A stretch of 63,671 nt of DNA, filler included, from Dicyema japonicum (taxonomy: Eukaryota > Animalia > Dicyemida): assembly GCA_011109175.1 (NCBI GenBank). It is 10 parts of 10 records of this genome, joined end to end, with 100 filler letters (N's around TTAATTAATTAA, not from the genome) between each part and the next. Parts side by side here need not be neighbours in the genome. Positions count along the whole stretch, not along the records: positions 1 to 21,033 come from RDEW01000181.1; 9 more parts are not named here. One strand, 5' to 3'. Below are positions 1-12,636 of the stretch, piece after piece; positions within the stretch are counted from its first letter, which is position 1; the number at the start of each line of letters is the position of its first letter. Both the position numbers and the translations under genes were made by a program. Under the pieces are notes generated by a model. That model did not search any database, was not told the DNA's origin, and worked only from the letters and a program-made list of their open reading frames with translations.

Positions 1-319
1 CCGGGTGGCATAGTGGTTAGGTGTCGGCTTAAATGGCTTAGGCTACGGGTTCGAATCTCGCTGCTGTTCACCTGGTGGAAGGTTCTACGCATCTACGATG
101 CAGAAAGGGTTTGACGAGTGACGCCGTCATCAGTGGATACTCACTGCGGAACTGGATTGTCTAGAAGGACACTCACAACAAGAAAAAGAAAAAAAGAAGA
201 TGGTCCTTGGTTCTACGATTATTTAAAATTAACTGTTCTTTACTAAATAAAGTGTTGTGTCCTGCCTATGCGGAGCTATAGATACTATGGCTTCTCGTGA
301 AAAGGCTTTATTATTATTA
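1..319 (+). mobile_element. tRNA-derived SINE, family A
   Basis: A-box TGGCATAGTGG, B-box GGTTCGAATC, structured core and (TTA)n tail. Near-identical copies at 28335, 35989 (-) and 59637. Confidence 0.9.
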
Positions 320-499
320 ATTTTTTTTTTGCTTGCCTGGCTTGTATTATTATGGTCAATAACTTGTTTAATTATCCCACAACAGTAAAATACCCTGATT
401 AATTGAGAAAATAAGATTCTTGGTTTGTTTCAGAAAAACAACGACTTTATAAGAATTGTCGAAAAGTTCAAGATTCCCATTTTGTTAAATACTGTCATA

Positions 500-1180
500 A
501 ATAGAGAATGTACCCAATTCACGAACCATGTGTGTGATGGTCGCAATTATCTTTCTGCAGTTCTTCCTCTGAGTCAGGAAGTGGAAAAGGTGGTCTGATT
601 CCGTCGTTTCATTTAAAACTGAAGGTTCCTCAGGAGAGGAGATCTTCACTGGAAGAATGGTGGTTTCCCAGTGGAGGTAGTCGGACGATTTGAATTTCTT
701 GCACCCAATACGAGCTCCATTTTGGACTCTGAAGTTTTTTGGATGTTGTAGCNAAAAGGTGGTCTGATTCCGTGGTTTCATTTAAAACTGAAGGTTCCTC
801 AGGAGAGGAGATCTTCACTGGAAGAATAGTGGTTTCCCAGTAGAGGTAGTCGGACGATTTGAATTTCTTGCACCCAATACGAGCTCCATTTTGGACTCTG
901 AAGTTTTTTAGATGTTGTAGCCTACGAGGGATGAGGCCCAGGAGGGGGTCGTGTAGATGGTGGAATTGAATGGACTTTGTGGTTCAAGGTGGCCCTAATA
1001 TATTGTTTTCGATTATTCTGAGGGTTAACAAGTCTGGTCAAAGATGCGTGGAGAGCGTTCATTTCCTCGTATGTTTTTACAACCACGTGTCCCAAGTGGA
1101 AGGCATTGGTCGTAAATTACTCCCAGGATTTTCAAAGTTTTTGAGATGGAGGACTTCTCCCGAGGGAGAGGTGATTGTTT
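500..1180 (-). mobile_element. Degenerate LINE RT C-terminal fragment
   Basis: Minus-strand remnant TLKILGVIYDQCL resembles the KILGVxFD motif of other LINEs in the window. Contains a single-N duplication. Confidence 0.45.
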
Positions 1181-2099
1181 AATAACCAAGATTTTAGAGC
1201 AGTGGTTCTCAACTTTTTTTCCCGCTTCCANTCAAAGTTTTTGAGATAGGAGGACTTCTCCCGAGGGAGAGGTGATTGTTTAATAACCAAGAATTTAGAG
1301 CAGTGGTTCTAACTTTTTTTCCCGCTTCCATTTTGAAATATCACCTCTCATCAAAAAATTCCACCGCCTTTATCGAAAAATGCAATAATCATTAACTTAT
1401 GTGATCATTGGAACGTGATGACTTTTAGCCAACCTTTCAATGTTAGGCTGAATTCGAATTGAATAAAGTCGAAGTGCGAATCAAAATTTCCAAATTATTT
1501 CGCTCACTTATCAATAAATAATTATGTGATCTGTATGATCTCATGGAGTCGGAAAGCATAAGTTATCTGAGAGATCGAATTACAGAATTTTGGAAGCTGT
1601 TCTATAATCTTGAATTCTGCCAAAACTGAGAAATTCTGAAAGTTAATTTCATAGATGTGTTATTTCTTGGTCTATTGATTCCTCTCAAATTTGGAATCAG
1701 AGTTTAAAATTTTGGATTAGAATGGACCAATTCCCATTTCGTCGACTCCTCGACGGATGGAATCATTGCTGAGTTTAATTTTCTAATAATATCATTTTTT
1801 TCATAATATCAGATAAAACAATCTGACTCTAATCTTATAAAACAGTCATTTTTAGCGACCAATACAGACATTTTATAAAAAAATTAACTAAAATTCTTAC
1901 TATATTAGTTTGTAATGTATGTTCTTTGTATTTTTGTTTGATTATAGGATTGTTGAAAAAGTTCTCAATTTTTAAAAGTATTTGATAGATTTTTAAAGTT
2001 TATACTTATGCTTGTTCGCAAATGTTGCAGTGGTCTTAATGGTTAATAGCTCCATATGACAATGTAATATTCCATATTAGGCAATACGTTGCAATAGTC

Positions 2100-2550
2100 T
2101 TAATTGTTTAATAGCTCCATATGGTTTTTCTATACGGCGCAGAATCATGGATACTGAAATAGGCGGATAGACGAAAAATTGATGCTTTTGAACTGTGGTG
2201 CTGGAGGACGTTACTAAGAATTCCTTGAACTTCCAAAATTACAAACACCAATGCACTCAAACGGGTGGAGAAGGACATTTCGCTAGAAGGAAAAATCGCA
2301 AAACACAGATTGGTGTTCTTTGGGCATGTTGTCCGCTCTGACTCCTTGGAAAGAACCATTATGCTGAGCAATATTATTGGGAAGAGAAGACCTGGTCGAC
2401 CGATGACTCGGTAGTTATCCAGGGTGGAAGACGTCACGGGAATGGTTATATCAAGGCTACTCCAAAATGCGACGGATCGGGGAGAGTAGAGGAAATTTGT
2501 TCATGAGATCTCCAATGGTCGAACACGACTTAATTGGATAACATAAGACA
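2100..2550 (+). mobile_element. RTE/BovB-like LINE 3' fragment
   Basis: Plus-strand translation gives IDAFELWCWRTLLRIP..FGHVVRSDSLERTIML..GKRRPGRP, with stops. Ends with CGACTTAATTGG. Confidence 0.75.
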
Positions 2551-2789
2551 ATTCGGCTATGTTTCATTAAATGGAATTAGAAAAACCCAAATAATAGGAA
2601 TCAATTATGGAGTAAAATCATCACGTAGAAATTTATTTCACGATTCATAATTTATTGTTAGTTAGTGAATTTTTTAATTTTATTAAGTAATAAATTTAAT
2701 GGGACTCCGCTTGAGAGATAACGGGGACGAAATTTCTTTGAAATAATCGAGGTACGTCCAGTCAGGCAGAGAGAAGTGATTTCAGCCAT

Positions 2790-3150
2790 CTCTGTACAAA
2801 TAAAAGAATACTCGATGCGCTTATCTTGTAAACAATTCGCCGGAAGATCCTTCCTTATAAATGTCAATGGAGGATAGGACAGTAGAGAGTAATGGTTTAT
2901 TATTGTTGAATACATCCATAATAAAGTCAATTAACCTGGTTGTATGGTTTGAAGTTGAATACTTTTCGTGGAAGCCGTTCTGAGGGTTGGAGAGATTTAG
3001 GGAAAGGTATATCCAGTTGAGAATGTATCTCTCGAGAATCTTTGATGCAGGACAGATGAGGGATCTTGGGTCAGGCGGATCCTTGATAGGTTTAAGAGAC
3101 GGGATTATTGTTGATTGCTTGTGACATGAACACATCCAGAAGTTTCACAA
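2790..3150 (-). mobile_element. LINE RT fragment
   Basis: Motifs SKILERYI, NPQNGFH and SIDIYK correspond to non-LTR RT subdomains. Confidence 0.6.
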
Positions 3151-3236
3151 CTTGTATATTCATAAAAATTATCTTCAAATTTAATAAATATTATTTGAAT
3201 TTTATATTAAAATTTAATTTTAAAACGTTTTGTGTT

Positions 3237-3469
3237 ATGTCGGATATAAATAGTGATAATTTGTTGGAAAAATGTGGAGCTGATTTTATTGTAAAATCAT
3301 TATCCGGTGTCGCAGTTGGGACAGCTTTATCGTTTACAATTTTCAAGAGTAATAGAGTAATTATATCTTAGGGAGAATGTGGCCTATCACACTAGCCCTT
3401 GGTTTCGGGATGGGAGCCTCATACAACAATATTAGAACTATGATGGACTTGAGGACTAATACTCTTTAA
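3237..3469 (+). CDS. MICOS10: MICOS complex subunit MIC10 (2 exons: 3237-3348, 3372-3469)
   Basis: Splicing the 23-nt GT-AG intron gives MSDINSDNLLEKCGADFIVKSLSGVAVGTALSFTIFKRRMWPITLALGFGMGASYNN. This matches the MIC10 signature GxxxG-FKRRMWP-GxGxG. Confidence 0.9.
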
Positions 3470-3818
3470 TAATGCGGCTAACAAAGGCTCTCTTTTACGT
3501 GTTATTGCTGTTCTATCAAGACCAGTTAGGAAGGTCGAGTGGTAGCTATGGAGCACCATGACAGCTCTAGTAAACGTAATGATCTCTCACCTAATGGACT
3601 CGATATATCAGAAACTCGATGTCTCTATAAAGAAACATCGGCTGCCTTAATATCGTGGTACAAGTCCCGCTTCCTCCGAACTGGAAGCATTGGGTACGAT
3701 TTGTGGAAGTACAAAGAATTGTTAGTCACTTCTCTGCCACCGTTCACCTTGAATCTTGGAGGGATGTTGTTTTTAAAGGATGAGAGAATAAAGATAACAA
3801 CAAAATATAACAAAAAGG

Positions 3819-5252
3819 TTATCGACCAGAATTCAACAGTCCCAGACATCTGGAGATCCTCCCTTCAGCAGACACTAAAGTCACAATAAGTCAAACCAAT
3901 AGTACTCTCAATCCAATCCATAGACCTCATCAGAGCACACAATATACTCTTAACATTATACTCCTAAAATACAAACAAACAGCGACCAGAGAGTCAGGTG
4001 ACTCATTCTCATTGACCCTCATCCTTTCTTCGACGTTGGTGACCTCATTCGTATAAATACTGACTCTTTCCTCAACTTCCCCAAGCATTTGATAACTTGG
4101 ATATATAAAATAGCTCAACACGTGGTTCTTCGTTCTAGATTCAGTGTTTGTTCATTCGTATAAATACTGACTCTTTCCTCAACTTCCCCAAGCATTTGAT
4201 AACTTGGATATATAAAATAGCTCAACATGTGGTTCTTCGTTCTAGATTCAGTGTTTGTGACGGACTCAATCGAATTCAACATAACTTCCAACATCTCCTG
4301 AGAACTGCTCACAAATTTAAGTTCAGAGTTTATGTCGACAACACAACTCTCAATCTCACTGAGTTTACTCTCCATAGCAGACAACTGGGGGTTACTACAA
4401 CAGCACCTTCTCGTCATCTTTTAGCAATTTAAGGTCAATTTCATTCAATCTCTTCAGTTTCTCCTCAAATATTTTTTTCTTCACGTCTAATTCTCTGCTT
4501 CGGTAATCCAGGTACAAATCCAACTGAGCATAGGTCATATTCTCGAATGGTAGAAGGATTGGGGATCTATTAATATTTTGAAAACACAACATTTGTGGAG
4601 TCTCTTCACTCAAACCTACTCCGATTGAAGAGGTATACCAGGATAAGGTCAGGGGGACGTCTTTCATAGAAGTCATTTTATCAGGTAATCCACTTTGGAG
4701 TGTTGTGGATTCAACTGTACTACATTCTAGGGGAAATGTCATTTGTGGGGTAGAACTAGTTGGCGCAGAATCAGCAGGAATGGTGAAAGTAGGGATTTGA
4801 GAAGAAAACTCACTTAGGAGGGAACATCCTGATATTTGTGGAGTTGAACAACAAGAAGGTAATCCCTGAGATGTAAATTGATCATTGATGGAAGGAATAG
4901 AGGTGGGCATTGAAAAATTAGTCGTTTGAGGAAGGGACTGTATAGTAATAGAGCTTGGTAGAGGGGGAGCTTGGAAGTTGCCGAATGGGTTATTAGTTGA
5001 AGGTACAGATGGTTGAGACATATTGGAAAAACTGACATATTGAGTTGTCGGAGAGCTTTCGAGTTTGGGGAAAATTGGAGTGCTAAAATTCGATGATGCC
5101 AACTGACCACTTTGTTGAGTAGTTGATGGGGGATTTAATGGAGTTTGTGGAAACAAAAATGAAGTAGTTATTGTTGGGGTTACAAATGAATCAATATTAC
5201 CTATTTCCTGGGTTGATTTTGACTGAAATGGATTCGGTTGTTGGTTATCCAT
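3819..5252 (-). CDS. NUP62: Nucleoporin Nup62/Nsp1-like, multi-exon
   Basis: S/T/P-rich N-terminus, then MTYAQL..ELD..F..NEIDLKL..EK, ELKFVSSSQEMLE and ILCALMRSMDWIE, matching the Nsp1_C coiled coil. Introns at 4385-4406, 3964-3986 and 3875-3896. The ~106-bp duplication at 4046-4257 is probably an artefact. Confidence 0.8.
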
Positions 5253-5449
5253 TTTAAGACACACAGTATTTATTTTAAATTTATTTAAATTTTATAAAAA
5301 AAATAAATAAAAAATTAATAAGCTATTAATTTTCGACTCTAAGAACGATACCACAACGAATTGAGGGTTTTCCTCCATGGTCGCAGACCTTTTTTGAGCC
5401 AGTATGATCGCTTATCGGTGATTCTTCAAATTTCAAAAACTCTATAGTG

Positions 5450-5900
5450 CTGGGGTCAGGCACATGAGACGTCTCTACTAAACGTTTCTGTTAGCTCCTG
5501 GGTTTCTTCTCATAACATCTTCAACTCTAGAAGCTTCAGCATTAAGGATCCAGCCAGGTTTGCGTTCGATAAGTTTTTTTGCATTTAGGTTCTCATGTGA
5601 GATACTTTTTTCTGTTCCATGACATTGTTGTGACAACATCTGGTTTTTTGTTATTGCCTTTGTCTTGTTCGACGTATTCGATCGGATCCTACTTCCACGA
5701 TAGCGTTATCATAACATGAAAAAGGAATTCATTCGCGTTGTGTTTGCATAAGAGTGGCTTTAATCAATTCATATCAATAGATCTCCCTTCCCCCATCGGC
5801 AAAGATGCTCAAAACAAACATCCAGTACAATTCGCTGTGCTACTTCTATTCGAATACTTCGATTGGATGTGTGCCAAAAGAAATCATAAAGTGTTCAGTC
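5450..5900 (-). mobile_element. Highly degenerate CRE-like RLE-domain remnant
   Basis: Minus-strand EQDKGNNKKPDVVTTMSW resembles LDRGDGKRPDGMTxFPF of the better copies. Confidence 0.4.
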
Positions 5901-6064
5901 GTGCTCCAAAGTTTCTCGTAAGGGATTTAAGGGGGATAGACTTTTTTTAAATATGTATGGTAATACAAATTTGTAATTTCTAACTACCATTACAGAAATA
6001 CAATTTAGAGGTCAAACAAATATAAAAATTTAATCAAATTTTATTAAAAATCGTCAAGAGAAAT

Positions 6065-6290
6065 GTGTCTTTTAAATATTTTTCCCTTGGGAACCATTTC
6101 CGTTTTGTCGTAATCAAATTTGAGACTTTGGGCGTGGTCGGACCAGTCAACGAAGATGTCTTGCGAGAGAATGAGGCGCAATCTTATCAAGGAAAATCTC
6201 GAACAATATTGGTTCCAAGTATATCTTGGAATTTCCATCGTTCGCAGAAATTTCCAATGCATTTTAACACCAGGTTCTTGACTTAATTTT
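6065..6290 (+). mobile_element. CRE-like LINE 3' end remnant
   Basis: FRFVVIKFETLGVVGP followed by YWFQVYLGISIVRRNFQCIL. Confidence 0.55.
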
Positions 6291-6339
6291 TTTCTGATAA
6301 AAATACTTTCAGAAAATTAAATTTTTTATTATAATTTTA

Positions 6340-8400
6340 TTATTATAAAACCACCGTCATATCAAAAATAAACAAAATTCAGGTGATCCCAGCCTCTTCA
6401 ACAGTCTTCGCATTTTTTCTCGGTGTTCGACTGCGTTCCGATATGGATGGGGTCCGCATACTCGAGTCCTTCGCAGAGGCACTGTTCCAGTCGCCTCTAA
6501 CTTATTTTATAGGTTTCTGGGCAGGATTTCCACAAGGGAATATTTCCTAAGTAAGTTTGCTGCCTTCAATTGAATGTTGCATATCTTGTCCAGATTCGTT
6601 GCTGAAAGGTTAGATCCCCAGACATTACATGTGTATCCTATTGTATCCTCGATTAACTGTTTGTAAATGACCTTCAGACCATTCAGATCTTTTTTGTCTT
6701 TTAGGTTTCCCAAGAACGCCTTCAGGAAGTTGATTTTCCTCGTACAAGTCAATAACTACATGTTTTGTAAAGGTTAAGAAGGTGTCAAAGGTAACTCCCA
6801 TGATTTTCTTTTATTTGTTTTGGGGGATATTCTTCCCATCCAGTGTGGCGTTAATTGATACTTTCCCTAGTCTTCTGTTTGGTGTGAATAGGGTCAACAC
6901 CGACTTCTCCGGGCAGTATCAATTGATTTTCCCAAAGCCATAAACTTAGTTTGTTCAGATTATCCTGTACTCTTCTCGTTGCTTCATAATACTCATATCC
7001 CTCGAAGGAATGACTATATCATCCGCATATGTTAATAATATGTCATCGTCCCCCTGTGGGAGTAGCAAGTCATTCATCATAAGGTTAAACAAGAGGGGAG
7101 ATAATGGGGAGCCCTAGGGAACGCCATTTGCTAATAGTCTCGATACGGAACGTCGATTGCCATAGTGTATTAGTCCTCGTCGACCGCTCAAGAAATTTCC
7201 CAACTATTATTTCAGGTTTTCGTCAATGTTCGACGAATATATTTTGTGCGTGATAATCTTCCTCGAAACCGAGTCAAAAGCCTTCTGGAAATCAGAAAAT
7301 GAGCTTAAAATGTCACTTTGATGACCAAATCAAGGTTTTAAACAGATCCTCGAGTTAAAGAAGGACTTTTAAATAATAAAATATAAAATTATTGCTTATG
7401 TGAGATAAATTTGATAAACTTTTACAGTACCGATTACTTTGAGTCCCATTGCGAAATTCGAAACGAACACCGCCCTCGTTATTACGAAAAACACTAACGT
7501 CGATTCAACTTACGGAACACTACAATTTTTTTAAAAGACAGTCTCCAGAACATCCCCTCATGCTAGAAGTTGGATCATATCTGGATTCCTACCAAAGCTA
7601 TTTTTTTCTTATGGAGATTACCCCGGATTCTTAGAAAATTATCAAGTCAGTCAGTTTTCGATCAGCCACAAAAGCAAACAGTTCAGGCAAAGTTCTGCTA
7701 GGACGTCTTGATCCCGTGGTGCTGAAACAATGTCTTCTGTATAAGCCAGAGAAGATTGTTTTCTCCACTCGATATAAGGATGTCAGCCAAGAATAAGTTG
7801 AAAGTAGAGAGGAAAGTGATTAACACTGGAATACTCCATTAGGAAATAGTCGAGAAACTGATCGACGTTTCCAAAATATACTTGCCACCTCCGCCCGCTA
7901 AGAAAGTAGGAAGCTAGAGTTCGAAATTCCCAGGAAAGTCCGCATGTAATATTTTCCAAGTAAGATTCGTCCTAGGAATAGAGTTGAAGGCTTTACATAT
8001 ATCCACTTTGCATAGAACGGTCTTCAGAAGAAACCAGAGTGAATGAAGTTGCTCAAAGAGATTAGATGACTGATGGATGATCGGTCTTTGCTGGAACTGT
8101 TGTCTGAAAGTCTTTATTTTTACAAAGATGAACTTATCCAAAAATTGAAATTGAGCAGAGAAGTAATACTGGTCTGAATGTAGTCATTTTTTCCGTTTTC
8201 AATATCCATAATGGTGTAATCGAATTGTGGTTTATGAACCAATCATGGACTTTAGTCAGTGTATTCCCTCATTACCCAGATTTTTCAGAATTATGATATG
8301 AATCCCATCAGGCCCATGTGGATTTGTTAACCTGGTATGACTTAAGATTTCCTTCATTTCTTTTTCAGAAAAGATAGTTGACAATAGATCCCCTTTCTGG
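6340..8400 (-). mobile_element. Two decayed I/Jockey-like LINE RT copies (about 6340-7300 and 7600-8400)
   Basis: DFQKAFDSV, GVPxGSPLSPLLFN, YADD and KIMGVTFD in the first copy; DICKAFNSI and GPDGI in the second. The 3' UTR resembles that of the 54071 copy. Confidence 0.75.
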
Positions 8401-9339
8401 ATATCATAATAATAATTGGGGTACCTTCGTCTTTTTATAGTCTTGGTGAGAGACTTTTATATAGTGTAGGGTTTCCCGATCAATAGCGTCACTTCCCCGA
8501 GCAATAGTGTCACTAAATTCTTTACCCTTAAAAACAAACTTTTTTAATTTTCTCATTTCGACAACTCCTTTGTAACCATATAGTTTTTTCACGTGCTGAA
8601 TAAATTCTCAATTGGATAGAGAAATAGCAAATAAGGAATAATAGAACGTGAAGATTGTCCTTAAAATGATGAATACAGGCGATATCATTGATACCTGGTC
8701 TTCAATTCCCTCTTCATAAAAAGATTTTTTTAAGAATCCCAGAAAAATAAGTCACTGAAAAATGACCGACATTATCATTGATGCAGTATTTGGATCTGAT
8801 GACCTCTACAGAAATATAGGTAGAAGATCCTAAAATAGCTCTTCCTTGTCTTGGTCTTTAAAATACTGAAAATCCACCTCATTGTGTGTTAAGATGTTCT
8901 TTTATCCAAAAAATATTTTTAGCCTTATTCCAATTTTGATGATTAGAAAGTGACGCTATTGGTCGAAAAAGTGACGTTAATAACCGAGAAACCCTATATT
9001 TTGCCAAGGTATTTAGATCCTATTGACTGCAATTGTCGTCTTGTTATGAATTATTTTCAAGACTTCGGATGTCGACTGATTGCGGTTTAAGGCCGTACGG
9101 ACACGTGTCCATTTTGTTATCTGTTTTTGAATTCTTTAGCTTATATTTTATCATTCAACAATTTTATACGGAGTCTGGCTTCAGGAGAAAGTCTCCCCTC
9201 CCTTTTGAATCGATTTTTTATTTTGACTAGAACCACCCTTCCATAACCACTGGTATAACTGGTGTGAGGTCATAGATCTAGATTCCAAAATGACTTGATC
9301 TTCAACAAAATATGGTTACGGCCGCTTATATTGTCATAT

Positions 9340-10320
9340 ATGACAGAACAAGTTATTCTTGTAAAAAATAAAAGTTAAACAGAGCAGAATGTCCGTCGAG
9401 GTTAGTCTGAGATCCTGGATGGTTGCACATTGAAGAATAGAAATGGTTGCACGTTGAATACCTTTGAAGAATAGAAATTCCTAAAGATTTCTCAAGAGTC
9501 GATGGTAGTAATGGTTAACACTCACAATATAAAAGAGAAGATGTTGTTAATCGAAATTCAGGATTTCCTCTGATTCTTTTCTTTAACATTGTTGATCTCA
9601 TTTTTATGAATAAATCTCTCCCAGCATTCAATAAATCTTTGTTCAAATAATGTTTCCTAAGTTTGAAAAATAATCTAACTTTTTAAAAACAGTACTCTTG
9701 GAATCTGAGTGATCAATTTAATTTTATTTGGAGGTATATTTCATATACAAACTTAACGTGTATCTTTNNNNNNNNNNNNGAACAATTTATTCTTGTAAAA
9801 AGCAAAGGTTAAACAGAGCATGATGTCCGTCGAGGTTAGTCTGAGATCCTGGATGGTTACACATTGAAGAATAGAAATGGTTACACGTTGAATATCCCCG
9901 AAGAATAGAAATTCCTAGAGATTTCTCTAAAGTTGACGGTAGTAATGATTAATACTCACAATATAAGAGAGCAGATATTGTTAATCGAAATTCAGGCTTT
10001 CTTCTGACCCTTTTCTTTAACATTGTTAATCTCATTTTTATGAATAAATCTCTCCCAGCATTCAATAAATCTTTGTTCAAATAATGTTTCCTAAGTTTGA
10101 AGAATAATTGAACTTTCTTTAACATTGTTAATCTCATTTTTATGAATAAATCTCTCCCAGCATTCAATAAATCTTTGTTCAAATAATGTTTCCTAAGTTT
10201 GAAGAATAATTGAACTTTCTAAAAACAGTACTCTTGGAATCTGAGTGATCAATTTAATTTAATTTGGAGGTATATTTCATATACAAACTTAACGTTTATC
10301 TTTCATTAGTTTTCATTGTC
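9340..10320 (-). repeat. Duplicated ~430-bp repeat, possible Penelope-like 3' end
   Basis: Two diverged tandem copies across an N gap. Minus-strand SLYEI..IIL..RFIE..HKNEINN weakly resembles a GIY-YIG C-terminus. Confidence 0.3.
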
Positions 10321-11059
10321 AGGGACAAGCTATGAAGAAAGGAATTGGTTGAAATCGAATATTCGTCCAACATGATTGTACCCTGACTTTGAAGCTGGTC
10401 TAAAAATTTGGCCTTACAAGCTTCTGCAATGAAGCTAAAGTTTTTTTGCCAAAATAACATGGTTCATCAGTTCAACCAGTTCACCTAATAATTGTGCATG
10501 AATATAGTCAGTTGTGATGGTTCATATTTTATAATTCTGCGAATATATCTTCGGGGAGTGATCATCCTCCTGTGTTGGGATTTTAGGCCGTTAGAGTGAC
10601 ATTTGATTACATATTGGAGCTAAGGCTCCTGTGGATTTAATAGTCGTCTGAAGTGGCATTGACTCGTTTCTTTGTCGTTACTAATAGCTATCCTCCCTTC
10701 TTAGCCACGTGGTGCTATTTGGTGCAAACGTTATCGCGGTGCAAGATGGCTACTTGATTGACCTATGTGAGACTCGGTGGCTTCTCCAGTTGATCTCTGT
10801 TGCGATCGTGAGAGGCAGCGCAGCGTCGATTATGTCGGCGGGGTCATTTTAGAATGATTTTGTGTTTTTGAAAGATAAAATCATTATGTTAAAAAATCAA
10901 AAACGTTTGTTTGAATTATTTTCGGAAACCATAATGGATTCTCAATTAAAAATAATAAAACCTCAGTCATTAATATTCTCAATAATTTCATTAAACAAAA
11001 AATGGTTATGAAAAAAACCTTTAAAAGTTAATACTGGTGCCATATAGGTTCTTGAATGA

Positions 11060-11303
11060 AGATATGATCCACCTGTCACAGGTGGCGCCGAGCCATAGTG
11101 GCACAAAAAGGATCATTTTCTCTCCCCTACTTGAAAAGGTTTCGCAAATGCAAGGAAAGGACGTCTTCTACCTGTATGCTGGTTCTGGATAGACTAGTGT
11201 GACATTAGACGGACTCTGTTTCTGCGACAGTAAGAACTCGATCCACTTAATTAGTTTTTAACTTTCAACTTCTTTCTGGTATACCGGAAGTTAATAATAA
11301 TAA
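11060..11303 (+). mobile_element. SINE family B, diverged copy
   Basis: Shares the TGATCCACCTGTC..GGTGGCGCC..GGCAC..AAAGGATCA core and the CCGG..GTTAATAA tail with the 16988 copy. Confidence 0.75.
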
Positions 11304-12636
11304 ATCTCTCCTCTCGATCGACGATTGCAACGTTTTTGGAGGGACCTTGATAATAAGCGTACTAAGTCTAATCCTCGTTTTGTTTTTGTATTTCTAATTT
11401 TATTCACCATTTCTTTGATTTCTTTTTATTTTGCTGATTTTTTAATTTTTTTAATTTACGGGAATAAACGATTTTTAAGGTTCCGTGACTCCTTTATTTG
11501 CCTGTGTTTTTTGTTTAAGGCGCAGCTCTTTCTGTTAGAAAACTTTTTGATTGACGTATGTTAGATGGGATGTTCACGACGACGTTTCTAGAACTATTTT
11601 TTAAATTATTAATTGTTTCTTCGTGAAAATATAAATTTAATTCAAAAATATTTATTTTTACTTACCAGGTATCACTAAAATGGTTTACTTTCAGAGACTT
11701 TTTTTACATTTCTCAATAAATACGACAAATCCAGTGACAAGAGTTTTATTAACCGAAAAGCCATGAAATTAAAAAATAACCAAAAACCTTTGTTTGAAAT
11801 TCTTTTGAAAAAATAATGGAGTCTAAATTAAAAATAATAAAACCTCAGCTATTAATATTCTTAATAATTTCATTAAACAAAAAATGGCTATGAAAAAACC
11901 TTTAAATGTTAATCCTTTACAATTCGTGCACACGTCATCTTTACTATTTTGTAGGTGGAAGTATAAGTTTTCACTTTGAACGTCATTTAATATATTGTAT
12001 GGTTGGTTTCTCCACCTCAAATCTCAAATTTCAACCACTCACATAGGATCAGTCCTACCAAAATACGAGATACTTGGNAATAAAACCTCAGCTATTAATA
12101 TTCTTAATAATTTCATTAAACAAAAAATGGCTATGAAAAAACCTTTAAATGTTAATCCTTTACCATTCGTGCACACGTCATCTTTACTATTTTGTAGGTG
12201 GAAGTATAAGTTTTCACTTTGAACGTCATTTAATATATTGAATGGTTGGTTTCTCCACCTCAAATCTCAAATTTCAACCACTCACATAGGATCAGTCCTA
12301 CCAAAATACGAGATACTTGGGGGAGAATTCCAAGTCAAAATCTCAAAGATTTTCGGATCTCACTCGCTGTCTTTTTTATGTGTTATTGTTTGATGACAAA
12401 AAGAAAAGGACAGTCGAGAAGAAAGATGGTCAATTAAAGCATCTTTCTACAAGTCGTAAGGAGAAATTGGCTACTAAAAAATAGATTCGGGCGATAATAA
12501 TTTTTGATTTTTGAATAAATCGTTTTACTAAAAAAATAGATTAATAAAATTGAAATTAAAAAATTTAAATTACAGGGACATTAATAATTAGCAAGACTTA
12601 TAAAAAGAAAAAACTATTAAAAAACTATTTATTTTA

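Noticed and set aside
1-75. tRNA gene
   Set aside because: A and B boxes are present, but no proper cloverleaf forms and the sequence continues into a dispersed repeat with TSDs, so it is a SINE head.
587-920. Near-perfect tandem duplications joined by a single n (also ~1231, 12078, 13709, 17171, 35534, 38939, 40000)
   Set aside because: Typical unmerged contig or allele overlaps, not real repeats.
4046-4257. ~106-bp duplications inside genes (Nup62; also lectin 13095-13260) and at 27938-28197
   Set aside because: Nearly identical copies of read-scale length that break the reading frame; most likely assembly artefacts.
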